Below, piece after piece: positions 25,755-39,466 of a stretch of DNA of 64,000 nucleotides (positions within the stretch are counted from its first letter, which is position 1; every line of letters starts with the position of its first letter). Where the stretch lies: contig CM119266.1 of NCBI GenBank assembly GCA_051294375.1, positions 12,145,484 to 12,209,483 of the forward strand, written 5' to 3'. A program made the position numbers and the translations under genes. The notes beneath the pieces were generated by a model, which was not told where the DNA came from, did not search any database, and was given only the letters and a program-made list of their open reading frames with translations. Origin of the DNA: Paraspadella gotoi. Taxonomy: Eukaryota > Animalia > Chaetognatha.

Positions 25755-28700
25755 ACTGGCAAAACGTTTTTTCAATCGTAAAAAGAGTTAAAAAACCCGA
25801 TAAATCGACTTTCATAAAGTAAAAAGTGAATAAAAAAACGTTAATACAGCGGCAGACGATATTTCCAGAGATAACACTTTTAAAACAAAGAACGCTTTTT
25901 CCCAATGTAAAAAAGAGATAAAAAATTTCTAAACACCGGAAAAACGATGTTTTTCAAAGAAAAAAGAAATAAAAGTTAAATACTTCTGCAAAATAACATC
26001 ATCGAGGTTGTTAAATTGGCGTAGAATGAGGACAGTTATTTAAATATCTTTTTATCAAAAACAAACAAATTCCTCTCTTTTATTTTATTCTCCTTCTCTC
26101 TCTCTTTTTCTCTTTAATTTTAGTAGCTTTTCTCTCACTCTCAATAGATAAAAAAACGTTAAATAACACCAGAGAAACGACTTTTTCTCCTGTAAAAAGA
26201 TATGAAAAACTTTAAAAATAACAAGAAAAACGATTTTTTTCCAATGTAAGAGAAGAAATAAAACTTAAAACAAAAACGGCAAAACGTTCCAATGTAAAAA
26301 GATTTAAAAAACACCAATAAACGACTTATTCTGAAAGTAAAAGTAATAAAAATGTAAAATACACCGGCCAGACGATATTTCCAAGAGATAACAAACTTTA
26401 AAAAAGAAAACGCTTTTCCATGTAAAGATAGAGAGATAAAATTTCTAAAACACCGGAAAAACGATATTTTCAAAAAAAAAAAGAAATAAAAACGTTAAAT
26501 ACTTCTGCAAATAACATCATCGAGTGTTAAATTGGATGAGGACAGTTATTAATATCTTTTTATCAAAACAAACAAATTCCTCTCTTTTATTTTTATGTCT
26601 CCTTCTCCTCTCTTTTCTCTTTAAATTTATGTAGCTTTCTCTACTCTCAAAAGATAAAAACGTTAAATCACCAGAAAACGGATTTTTTTCTCTGCTAAAA
26701 AGATATAAAACTTAAAATAACAGAAAACGATTTTTCAAAGTAAAAAGAAATAAAAACTAAAAAAAAAAACCGGCAAAACGTTTTTTCCAATTGTAAAAAG
26801 GAGTTAAAAAACACGATAAACGACTTTTCTAAATAGTTAAAAAGTTGATAAAAACGTTAAATACAGCGGCAGACAATATTTCCAGAGAGACTGAACAACT
26901 TAAAGAGAACAAAGGAAAAAAAAACGCTTTTATACCAAGATGGTAGAAAAGAGGATAGAGTGTTACCTAAAACACCGGAAAACGATATTTTTTAAAGAAA
27001 AAAGAAATAAAAACGTTAAATATTCTGCAAGTAAACATCATCGAGGTTGTTAAAATTGGCGTGTGGACGTTATTGAATATTATTTTAGTCGCAAAAAAAG
27101 CAAATATTGCCTTTCCTCTTATTTTTATGGTACTGTCTCCTTTCTCTGCGTCTCTTTTCTCTTTTAATTATTATGTAATTGCTTTCTCTTCACTCTCAAA
27201 AAATTAAAATGCTCACAGTTCTAAATACAACCAAGAAAAACGACATAATTTCTCTCTGTAAAGAAGTATTGAAACTCTTAATAATATACAGACAAGGACG
27301 ATTTTTTCAAATGTTAAAAAGAAAGGTGAGGAGAGGAGGGGAAGGAGAGGGTAGGAGAAAATTAATAGGAGGAGGAAGAGGAATGAAATGGGGAGAGGAT
27401 TTTATGAGAGCAGGACTAAAGGCAACACAGAATATTTAGGAAGAAGACAGCATAATAATTTCGGAAAATGGGAAAATTGGAAAAAGAACGCAACGTTTCC
27501 CTTCTGAACGCGGTTGGCGACGGGCTTAATTATGAATTTTTTTTTCCCTTCTAAATATAAGTGTGTAGTAATTTTGATTAGGTTGTTCGTTTTTTATTTA
27601 CTTTAAACTATAATTTACATTGAACCGGAAAATTATTTGAGAAAAATCTTTGATTGTTGGAAACTCGGTGCACAAAATTTACAAGTTGCAACAATTGAGA
27701 AGCATTCATTTTAAATATACAGGGCGTTTTAGAAGTAAAATAAGTACAGGGCGAGGAAAAGGGAGGAGAGGTTTTTTAAAATTATCCGTCGCGCGAATCG
27801 AAAGGCGTCGGACCGAAGAGAGAGGAAAAGCGCTGAGAAAGGTGTTGGAGGGGCGGCCGGGGGGGGGGGAGGAGAAAAAACCTTTGAAAAAATAGTAAAC
27901 AGAATAAACAGAACGGGGAACGAGGAATAACAAGTAGGGAAGAGAAGAGGATAATGGGGCAGAAAACAGCCCGAGGAAAAAGGAAGAGAGAGAGAGAGAG
28001 AGAGAGAGAGGGAAGAATTAAAAACTTAAAAAAAAATGGCAAACGTTTTTTCCAATGTAAAAGTGTTAAAAACACCGATAAACGACTTTTCTAAAGTAAA
28101 AGTGATAAAACGATTAATACAGCGGCAGGACGATATTTCCAAAGAGAATAACAACTTTAAAAACAAAGAAAAACGCTTTTCCAATGTAAAAGAGATAAAA
28201 AATTTCTAAAACACCGAAAACGATAATTTTTAAAGAAAAAGAATAAAACCGTAATTACTTCTGCAAATAAAATCATCGAGGTTGTTAAAATTGAGTGAGG
28301 ACAGTTATTAAATAACTTTTTATCAAAACTAACAATTTCTCTCTTTTTTTTTTTATGTCTCTTTCTCTCTCTTTCTCTTAATTTTATGTAGCTTTCTCTC
28401 ACTCTCAATAGATAAAAAACTTAAATACACAGAAAACGACATTTTTCTCTGTACAAAAGTATATGAAAAACTTTAAAAAAATAACAGAAAACGATTTTTC
28501 CCAATGTAAAAAAGAAATAAAAACTTAAAAAAAAACGGCAAACGTTTTTTCCAATGTAAAAGAGGTAAAAACACCGAATAAACGACTTTTCTAAAGTAAA
28601 AAGTGATAAAACGTTAAATACGCGGCAGACGATATTTCCAAGAGATAACAACTTAAAAACAAAGAAAAACGCTTTTTCCATGTAAAGAGATAAAAATTCT

Positions 28701-31700
28701 AAACACCGGAAAACGATAATTTCAAAGAAAAAAGAAATAAAAACGTTAAATACTTCTGCAAATAACATCATCGAGGTTGTTTAAAATTGGGGTGAGGACA
28801 GTTATGAAATATCTTTTTATCAAAAAAAACAATTTCCTCTCTTTTATTTTTATGTCTCCTTCTCTTCTCTTTCTCTTTAATTTATGTAGCTTTCTTCACT
28901 CTCAATAGATAAAAACGTTAATACACCAGAAAACGATTTTTTCTCGCTAAAAAGATATTGAAAACTTTAAAAATAACAGAAAAACGATTTTTTTTAATGT
29001 AAAAGAAATAAGAACTTAAAAAAAACGGCAAACGTTTTTTTCCAATGTAAAAAATATAAAAAAACACCGATAAACGACTTTTCAAAGTAAACAACTGATA
29101 AAAACGTTGACACAGCGACAGACGATGTTTCATAAGAGGATAACAACTTTAAAACAAAGAAAAAACGCTTTTTCCAATGTAAAAGAGATAAAAATTTCTA
29201 AAACACCGGAAAACGATATTTTCAAAGAAAAAAGAAATAAAAACGTTAAATACTCTGCCAAATAACATCATCGAGGTTGTTAAATTGGTGAGGACAGTTA
29301 GTATAAATATCTTTTTTATCAAAAAAACGAGATTTCCTCTTTTTATTTTTATGTTCCTTCTCCTTGTTTTCTCTTTAATTTTTTATGTAGCTTTCTCTAA
29401 CTCTCACAGATAAACGTTAAAATACACCAGAAAACGAATTTTTCTCTGTAAAAAGATCTGAAAACTTATGAAATAAAGAAAACGCATTTTTTCCAAGTAA
29501 AGAACAATAAAACTTTAAAAAAAACGGCAACGTTTTTTCCATGTAAAAGAGTTAAAAAACATCCCGATAAACGACCTTTTCTAAAGTAAAAAGCTAGATC
29601 AAAAACGTTAAATTAGACCGGCAGACGACATTTCCAAAAAGATGAACAACTTTAAAAAACAAAGAAAACGCTTATTTCCAATGTAAAAAGAGAAATAAAA
29701 AATTTCTAATAAACACTGGAAAAAATATTTTCAAGAAAAAGAAATTAAGAAACGTTAAATATTCTGCAGAATAAACGTACAATAGGTGTTAAAATTGGCT
29801 AATCAGTTGGGTACAAGTTATGTAAAGTATCTTATTTTAGATCAAAACAAAACAAATTTCCTCTTCTTTGTATTTTTATGGTCTCCTTCGTCTCTCCTCT
29901 TATTCTCTCTTAGTTGTTATCGTACGCTTTCTCATCATCTCTCAAAAGATAAAAAACGGTTAAATATCAGCCAGAAAACGACACTTTTTCTTTGTAACAA
30001 AGATATGCAAAACTTTAAGATAATAACAGAAAACGATTTTTCCATGGTAAAAAGAAATAAAAAACTTAAAAAAAAGAAACGGGCGAGAACGTTTTTCCGC
30101 AATTGTTAAAAGAGTTAAAAAACACCGATAAACGGTTTTCTAAAGCTAAAAAGTGATAAAACAACGTTAAATAAACGCGCAGACAATATTTCCAAAAGAG
30201 ATAACAACTTTAAAAAAACAAGAAGAAAAACGCTTTTTCCAATGTAAAAGAGAGATAGATAAAGAATTATTACTAAAACAAACACGAGGAAAACGGTATT
30301 TTATAAAAGAAAAAAGAAATAAAAACGTTAAAATACTTCTGCAATAAATCATCGAGGATTGCTTAAAATGGGCGTTGAGCGCAGTTTATGTGAAGTGATC
30401 TTTTATCAAAACTAAACAAATTTCCTCTCTTTTATTATATGTCTCCTTCTCTCTCTCTTTTAGTCTTTAATTTTAAGTAGCTTCTCTCACCTCTCAATAG
30501 ATGAAGAACTGTAACATACACCAGAAAACGACTTTTCTCTGTAAAGAGATATGAAACTTTAAAAATAAAGAAAACGATTTTCCCAATGTAAAAGAAATGA
30601 AGAACTTTAGAAAAAAAAACGGCAAACGTTATTTTTCCAGTGTAAAAAAACTATAAAGACAAACACCGATAAACGACTTTTCTAAAGTAAATAAGTAATA
30701 AAAATGGATAAAATTACCACACGGCAGACGATATTTCAAAAGAATGAGATAACAACTTTAAAAAAAGAAAAACGCTTTTCCAATGTAATAGTAGATAAAA
30801 AAATATCTCTGAAAACACACCGGGAAAACGATTTTGTTTTAAAATGAAAAAAGAATTAAAGCTTACAATACTTCTGCAAAATGACATCATCTCCAGGTTG
30901 TTAAATTTGGATACTAGGAAAGTAGAAGTGGAACAGATTATCGAAATAATCTTGTTTTATATCAAAACATTAGTTTCCTATATTTTATTTTATATTAGTC
31001 CGCCTTCTCTCTCTCTTTCACTCATTGAAACTCTCCACTGGTAGCATTTCTGTGCACTCTCTTCCAATAGAACGGATAAGAGAGTTAAATAACCACGGAG
31101 AGAACGACGCTTTTCTCTCTAAATAAGATATTTTAAATATACTCTTTTAAAAATAACAGAAAACATTTTTTTTCTAATGCTAAAAAGAAATAAAATCATA
31201 AAAAAAAACAGGAACAACTATATTTTCAATGTTAAAAAAAAGTTAAAAAGCACCGATAAAACGACTTTTTCTAAGTCATAGTATATATAAATATACGCGT
31301 TTTCAAATACACCGGCAGACGACTTTTCCTCAAGATATCGTGTGTGAATGTGGCAAAAAACGCTTTTTCAATGTAAAAAGAGATAAAACAATTTCTAAAA
31401 CACCGGACACACGATATTTTAAAAGCAACAAAAGACCAATAAAAACGTTAAATACTTCTGCAAATACATCATCGAGTGGTTGTTAAATGGCGTGAGGACA
31501 GTTATTGAAATATCTTTCGTCTATCAAAACAACCCCACTTTCCCTCTCTCTTTCTTTTTACTTTTTATGTTCACTTTTTCTCTCTCTCTGTAATTTATCT
31601 CCTAGACTTCTCTCACTCTAAACTAGATAAAACGTTTAAATACACGAAAACGACTTTTTCTTTTGTAAAAAAGATATGAAACACTTTTCTCAAAAATAAC

Positions 31701-31716
31701 CAGAAAACGATTTTTT
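25755..31716. repeat. AT-rich tandem satellite, ~500-bp composite monomer, about 10-11 copies
   Basis: The monomer marker GGCAAACGTTTTT recurs at about 25758, 26278, 26772, 28038, 28537, 29027, 29526, 30081, 30621 and 31210. A shared CATCATCGAGGTTGTTAAA...GAGGACAGTTA module is also repeated. The array is interrupted by segment X at about 27325-28010. Confidence 0.96.
27367..27975 (+). repeat. Segment X, partial direct copy embedded in the satellite array
   Basis: GGAGGAAGAGGAATGAAATGGGGAGAGGATTTTATGAG...GCAGAAAACAGCCCG matches about 24700-25295. Confidence 0.93.
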
Positions 31717-31842
31717 CATCCTCCCCTGTTTCCCCTTCGAGTGAGACCACGAGGGAGTTTTTAACCGAGATGTCGTCGCTCGACGCAGAGAGAGAGGGAT
31801 CGGGAGCGAGGAGAGAGGAGAGAGAGGAGAGAGAGAGAGAGG

Positions 31843-31881
<39 letters not shown>

Positions 31882-32180
31882 GAGAGAGAGAGAATGCTTG
31901 TAGTCGATTAATGAGACGGGGCTTGAGAGAGTGAGAACGATTGTAGAGTGCTTTTTAGAGGCAAGTTTGATTGTTGATATAAGGGTGATAAGGAAACCAT
32001 ATTTAGTCTATGTTTTTATTTAAAAGTCCCTATTGTAATTATTTCTTTATTTTTCCTTTTTTTTTATTAATTATCTATTTCTATCTAATTTTAATTAGGA
32101 GTTTCGGAAGGAAGTAAATGGCAAAATTGCGCATTGTAGTTTTCACGGATCTGCATTAAGCTAATCCGACTGCTATAATC

Positions 32181-33380
32181 ACTTTTTATAACTCATTTTT
32201 TCGGTTCCGTCGGTCCGCCCCTCAATATTGTCGGGCACACACTTATATCATGTCAGACATCGAATTATGTAAATTATGCAAAAAAAATGATGTCCGTCGG
32301 TCCGTTCCTTGTCTGTCCGTCCGTCCGTCTACGGTTCCGTCCGTCCGTCCGTTTCCACCTTAGCCAAACACCAATTACTCGTAATGGATTGGATTGGATT
32401 TTAATGTGAAAATTTTGTGTGTGGATACGGTAACGTGTGTGATTGAGTCTGGATATTAAGTTTCGCCTTGGAATCGGTCCCGAGTGCAAATTGAGTTTTA
32501 AATGGAAAAAAAACAAAAAAAATATATTCACTATTTGAAACACCAACTTGCTCTATGATGTGGATGGGCTGATTGACCTGCGATTTGTATGTGGGTTTAG
32601 GAAAGTACAACGTATGTTTAAGTGTGTGATTGTTGAACAGGAAATCATTTTTCGATGGAATTAGTTTGAGTGGAAATGAGTTAAGAAAAAAAACAAAAAC
32701 CTTTTACTAATTGATTATGCTTTTCTTATTTCCTTTTATATTAAATGTATTCTCGATATGTAATTAATAAATCAAATAATTAATCAGTTTAATTATCATT
32801 TAGTAAATATAAATTTAATCAATAATTAATTATATATTTTAGTCAATCAATCCGTCCATCCGTCCCATTCTTAGAAAAAAGCTTCCAATAAACTTCGTTG
32901 ATTGGCTGGTTGGATTGGAATTTTATTTTGATGGGTGGTAGGAAAGTGTCCTACTGTGTGCATTAAAGCTGGATATAAAATTTCGATGGAATCGGGTGTG
33001 GAAGTGGAATGTTTTAAATCGGGAAAAAAACATAAGTCGAAATTTCTAAAATCTTTTTTACTTATTTTTAACCAATAAAAATACTCCATTAATCATAATT
33101 GGGAAATGGATAGAATTATGATGGTCTTTTGAAATTTTGTGTTCTGGTACGGAAACGTAACTTATGACGAAGCTTGATATAAAGTTTCATGAAAACGTTA
33201 ACCAGTTGGAAATGAGTTTAAATTGAAAAAAAAAAATATGAGTTCACATTTACCTTTTGAATCGTTTTTATTTATTTTAACCCATGATAGATTGAGATGA
33301 AAATTTTTTGTGAGCACGGATTAGGAAAGTGAGTTGATAGAAGCTAGATATTAAAGTTACGCGAATGCCAAGTTTTGAAA
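32181..33380 (+). mobile_element. DINE-1/Helentron-like non-autonomous relic with internal ~170-bp tandem repeats
   Basis: TTTTTATA start, (GTCC)n microsatellite at about 32291-32352 and again at 32850-32864, then five degenerate units (GAAATTTTGTGT...GGAAAGT...AAGCTGGATATAAAGTTTC) at about 32408, 32582, 32919, 33131 and 33299. The architecture matches DINE-1-type elements, but the termini are not confirmed. Confidence 0.45.
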
Positions 33381-33639
33381 AAATGATGCATACATGTTTT
33401 AAAAAAATCTTAAAAGCATAAGGATCGTCGCTATTGCATAAAAGGAGAGAGAGAAGAGGAGAGAGAGAAAGACCGAGAGTAGATAGGAGAGAGAGGAAAG
33501 AGGAGACTCAAGTGAGAGATTTGAGAGAAGGAGACAAAAATAAAAAAATCTTAAAAGACTCAGATCGAGGCCAGGAGCCACTATCATCTAGAAAGAAAAT
33601 TATGAAAAACCGGCAGAAAAAACGATAACACATGAATCA

Positions 33640-33875
33640 TGCGATAACGAATTGTTGATGTATTAGTAATTGATGACGGTATTTACAATTGATTGACATG
33701 TAATAGTAATTTTTTGATTGGTAATTAGGAATTTGATTATTGATTCTCGATGATAATCAATTATTGATTGCGATGATTAGTTCAGTTCACTGCTGTGATG
33801 TAGTCATTAGTGATGCGATGATTGGTATTCATTGATTCGTATGTTGTCATTCATTGATTGCGATGATAGTCAATA
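33640..33875. repeat. Degenerate ~20-22 bp ATTGATTGCGATGAT minisatellite
   Basis: ATTGATTGCGATGAT at about 33763 and about 33853, with many partial ATTGAT copies around them. Confidence 0.6.
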
Positions 33876-34472
33876 AAACAAAACAAATGCGGGGTATGGT
33901 GAAAATAGATGAGAGAGAAGAGCTGGAGGAAGACTGAGAGAGAGAAGAAAGAGAGAGAGGACGAGGAATGGAGAGAGAGAGGAGAGAGGAGAAAGATAGA
34001 GAATAAATCACGAAAATCTCGGATGAAAATATGGATTTTTGTATTTGAAAAAATGCGCGGAATAAATGGCAATTAATAAAAAGTTTTCTGAAGGAGAAAA
34101 AAATAATCAGAATTTTTCAAAAAAACAAACGATCACCAAAAGATTCGGAACAGATGGAACAGACACACACATAGAGACAGAAGAGACAGAGAGGAGAGAG
34201 AAAAAAAAGATGAGAGAGGAGAGACAGCCGCTCTTTGCACTGAGAAAAGGAGGAAAGAGAAAGAGCGATATATAATAATTAAAAGAGAGATGAGAGAGGA
34301 GAAGTCTACGCCCTTTACTCGGGATTTAAAGAATCAGCAGTACTTCGATTGGCGCCGCACGTAGGCAGTGAAGTATTCCTTCTACCCAAAGGGACCGGGT
34401 TCGCACGTTCAGTGGGCACTCGTTTTTTACATTAGTGAAACCCACATTATATCTAAAAAAATTTTTGTTTTT

Positions 34473-34512
<40 letters not shown>

Positions 34513-35222
34513 AGAAAGAGCTGGACAGACGCTGCAGAGCCGGAACTTCGTTTTTAGAAGGAGGAAGCAGGACGGAAGAAAAAAGAGAGAGATGAGGAGA
34601 GGACATATTATAATCAAAACGGTTTGTTTTTGATAAATAAAAACATAAACAAAATACAATATTGATATGAAACCATTGAGAATTTTAAAGATCTTGATGA
34701 ATTAGAAGCCAGTATATGAAAAATTCACTCCCTATGAATATCACACTTTCAGAAGCCATGATTGCAAAAAAGCGGACCGAAAGCTAAACCGAAAAAAATC
34801 TAGACAGGGAACGGGCTTTGCCCGCCTGGCTCGAAATAGAGGATATTGGTTGTTTTGGATAAATGTAACAAAAATTTAATAACTGTCCTGACTCAATTTT
34901 TAAGGACAATCGATGATGACAAGCCTGAATTATAAATTATAATAATCATTTAATATATTAATTAATAATTATAATTAAGTTATCTAAATATTAATTAATT
35001 ATCAATTAATTAATTTATTATTTCGTAGGCGATCCGAATTGTTTGCTCAAACTTGTAACAAAAGGAAGTATTGAATAGTACATATATGCCATAATTAAAA
35101 GAGCAAAGAAAAGCAGAAAGAGTGGATTTTATATAGAAATTTTTATTTGTCTTTATTCTTTTTTTTCCGAAAAAAAAAAAGGGGAAAAAAGCGACGGAGG
35201 AAACATTAGAGAAAGAATAGGA

Positions 35223-36166
35223 TCTCCCTTCTTCTCCCTTGATCTTTTAACTCTTCCTACCTACCTTCAATCTCCTCTCTCCCTCCTCTTCCTCCCTTCC
35301 TCCTCCTCCTCCATTTGCTTTCCGTTCGTTTCATTTCCCATCTGCATTCGTTTCGTTCGTGCGCCTTTCTTTCCTTCTTTCCTTTTCCTCCTTTTTCCTC
35401 CCTCAGAATCGTAAAGCGCCATATCTTAACGGCCTCACCTTTTGCGATGTCGTTATTTTGATGATTTTTACCGGGAAAGGAATGGAGAGAAGCGCGAGGA
35501 AATATTGGCGGGTTTTTATTTTTATTTTCTCGATAGTCGAAAATGTACATTGACAATACATACGTACATGATACGAACAACTAGCTCGTACCTGGTTTTA
35601 AAATGAAATATTTAAAATCAACCTCACTAATAGTAACAATAATAATAGAAGAGGTAATGAACCTAATTTAAGGAGTTGACTATAAAACAAATCGTTTTGC
35701 TTCTAACTCTCGGCCAAATTTTCAAACCAAGCCATCACGATCGTACTGACAAAACCTTTACTGTCTTTTCCATCATCTATACTTTATTAACTAATATATA
35801 ACTTGTATATGATTTCATGGCTTTCTGTATTTACTCCGTTGCGTCATTTTTACCCGACGTCCGCATTGTTCCGTCTAGAATTTCCATTGCGATCCCCTCG
35901 TTCGAGAATCGCTTTTAGGATCTCCCAACCTCCATTTGTCTCTTCTCGGTCACGAGTTGTGACTTTTCTCCTCCCATCTTTCACGCCCCTCACACTACTT
36001 CTTCGCTCCGGTAATATTCTCTTTCTTTTTTTTTAGTACTTTTCTTCTTTTTTTTCCTTTTCTTTCCTTCCTCTTATTTTCTCTCTTATTTCTTTCGTCT
36101 TCTTCTCGTTTCCATTATTCTATCCGCTCTTTTTTTCTCTCTCTCTTTTCTCCTTTTCAACAACAT

Positions 36167-36256
<90 letters not shown>

Positions 36257-36913
36257 AAACGATTCATTCTGTTTTAATGCAAGGCGCGGCGAAGCAAACT
36301 CTCGATTGGCAAATAACTTGTTTTTTTTTTCTTTTTCTTCTTTTTCTTCTTTTTTTTTAAAATTACATCCGGAATTTTTTTCCTTTACTCTTTACATCCG
36401 GGTTTGTCGCTTCGACTAAATCTTCGTTAGAGTCGGGAACGAAATATTAATTATTGTGTGGCCATGACAACCCCTTCAGTTTCTTTTTTTTTCCACAACT
36501 GTTCCGTCGAGTTCAATGTCACGTTCATTCTCTACTTTCTCCTTCTCTTCTTTTTTCTTCTTTTTTAAAATTTTACATTATCCAGTCTTTACTTTTTTTT
36601 CAACTTCGCTTAACAATGAACGTAGTCACAAAGCTACTGCTTTAGTGTGATTATATCAAGTACAGTTTCTAATTTCTTTTTATATTCCTTTCTTTTGATA
36701 CTTTGACCTTTCATCCTACTTTTAAATTCGTTTCTTTTTCCTTTATTTCAACTTTGTTTTCCTTTCTCCCTTCCTTTTCTTTCCTTTCTTCCTTCCTTTC
36801 CTTTCTGTCCCCTCGCCTCCATTCCACTCCGTTCCATCTCCAAGTCTCTCTGAAACATTTGCTTGTCGCCTTCCTCCTTCAGACGCTTTATCATCTTCTT
36901 CATTCAACTCACT

Positions 36914-36997
<84 letters not shown>

Positions 36998-38606
36998 ATA
37001 CTTTGACACGCTCTTTGCTCGCGCGAGTCCTTGCTCTTCAAACATCGTCAAAATCTATCCGCGACGGGAAATTATGATGGAGAGCGCATCGAGTCTCGGA
37101 GAGAGAGCGCTCTATCGAAGGATGTGGGGGTGGAAAGGGGGAGGGGCGGCGGGGGGCGCTCTCGGTTCCGATGATTAATGCGCGTAAAACTGAAAAATGA
37201 AAATGAAAAAAAGATGAGACAATTACGACGTTTGATTGAAGAGAACGAGAGAGAAAAAGAGAGTGAGAAAAGGAAGGGGAAAAAAGGAAATGGCAAAGTT
37301 AGAGGTAAATTGTAAAACGCTTAATATTAAATCGAATTTAACTTTAAATTTTTTTTCAATTTTGATAATAGGATAAAACGTCAACATTTTTTTTAGCTCT
37401 AAGTATTTTTTAATCTCGTCGTCGTTGTCGTCGTCGTTGTTATTTTGAATTAGGTCGATGCGTAATTATCAGGGAAAACTTCCGGGAGCGTGAATTACGT
37501 GCTTAAAGCAGAGGACTGTTGTTTAGCCCATATCTCTCTCTCTCTCTCTCTCTCTCTTTCTCCTTCTCTCTCTCTCTCTCATCTCTCTCCTTCTCTCTCT
37601 CTCTCTACTCTCTCTCTCTCTCATATCGTCATATTTTCCATCAGACGCCCATTTGCTCATGTGCTCCCGCGTATTTCTCTCACGATGAGTCTTCTCCTCA
37701 TTTGTTTTTTTTCCTTTTTCTTTTAAAAACTCGCGTTCGCCTTCCTTGCACAGTCGCCCGCTTTGGTAAATGTTTGTCGATCTTCGTCCTTACTCCTTTT
37801 CTATTAATTCTTCTTCTTCTTCCTGCCCTCCTCCTCCTCCTCTTCCTCCCTCCCCTTTTCCTACCACCCTGCTCGGTTCACTAACGCTAATTAACCTTTG
37901 CTTTAACCTTTTAAAAACCCGGCGGCACTCGAATTGGTCTTTTTATGCTATAATTGCTGTGATCTTCGCCTTACCAATGCCTTCCGCGCTTCATTACTTC
38001 AGTTTTATATTCATACGTAATTACGTAGATGATTACAAAATTTACATGAACATTTTGAAAAAGGCGTAATATATATTATTATATTGTAATAGAGCAGACA
38101 CAAACAAGTAAATACGTAAATTGCCAAGAAATGATAAAAAAAAAATTTAAGATTTGTAAAGACAAAAAAAGAAGAAAGAAGAAAAGAAAGAAAGAAAGAA
38201 AGAAGAAGAAGAAAGAAAGAAAAGAAAAAAGAAAAGAAAAAGAAAAGAAAATGAAAAGAAAGATTTGAAAGATGAAAAAGAAAACGAAAATGTTTGTGAG
38301 TATTTTGAGACAAAAAAAAAACAAAAGGCAAGAATACTTCTGTTTACTCTCCGATTCTCTCCCGCCGAATGTGTCGCCCGAAATCGAAATTCAAAAACGA
38401 GCGGAAAGATTTTCTTTTTTTTTTCTTTCGTTCCTTGTTTCTTTTAGCTTTTTTGCTTTTTTAGTTATTTTTTTTTAAAACTGTTTTCTCATGAAAGAAA
38501 AAACATCAGGAAACTGGATAAAGAATAAAAGGATTAGTTAAAAAAGGTGTAAAAAACATGACGTTAATAGAAACAAAAGAACACTGAGAAAAATGAGAGA
38601 GAGAGA

Positions 38607-38642
<36 letters not shown>

Positions 38643-39418
38643 TAGAGAACTAGAGAAGAGAGAGAGGAGAGAGAGAGAGAGGAGAAGGATAGAGAGAATG
38701 GAGAGGAGGAGATGATGCTGGATGAATAATGGAATTTTCAGTTTTAACATAATTTTAAAAGATGAACAAGAACGGTGCATAGCGATTTAAATAAAAATTT
38801 TTTTGTGTTTTTTTGATTTAATTAATCAATTCATTTTCTTTCGAGGCCCATGCGACTTCTATTGCGTGAGTTTTTATTGTGACTTTTTAAGAGAATATTT
38901 TCATTCATCAAGTTCATCGTTTGTTTGTGTAGCAAACAAAAACAAACTGAAGTTATCCGCTACGTTGTCGAGCGTTCGAAGGACCGTCCACGAATCCTCA
39001 ATGTTACCAACTAACGTCGTCGTGTTCATCGTCGTCGTCGTCGTCTCAGTATTTCGTCTTCGTTATTGTTGACAAAAGGGGAAAGACGATGTTTGATGAA
39101 TCAATCAAAGAGGGAGCGAGGTCGCCCGGCTGCCGGAAGAGACCGGAAAATGAAAGGAAATAAAAGAGGGAGGAAAAAGAGTCTAGGGTAGCGAAAAAGG
39201 AAAAGACCACAGTGACAAATAAAAAAGAGGAAAGGAAAGAAATAGAGAAAGGGAATGATCTGAGAAAGGACGCGAGAAAAGAGACGTAGGAAGGAAAAGA
39301 AAGGAGAAAAGACGTGAAATGGCAAAGGAAGAAGGGGATGAAATTTTACGTTTTTGTTTTTTTTTTCTTAAGGGGAAAAATGAAGGCATTTACTGGAGTG
39401 GCCAAAATATATGTGTGG

Positions 39419-39466
<48 letters not shown>

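Noticed and set aside
25755-31716. Satellite as a Lys-rich repetitive protein gene or a retrozyme array
   Set aside because: Stops and frameshifts recur in the monomers, and I saw no CTGANGA...GAAA hammerhead core on either strand.
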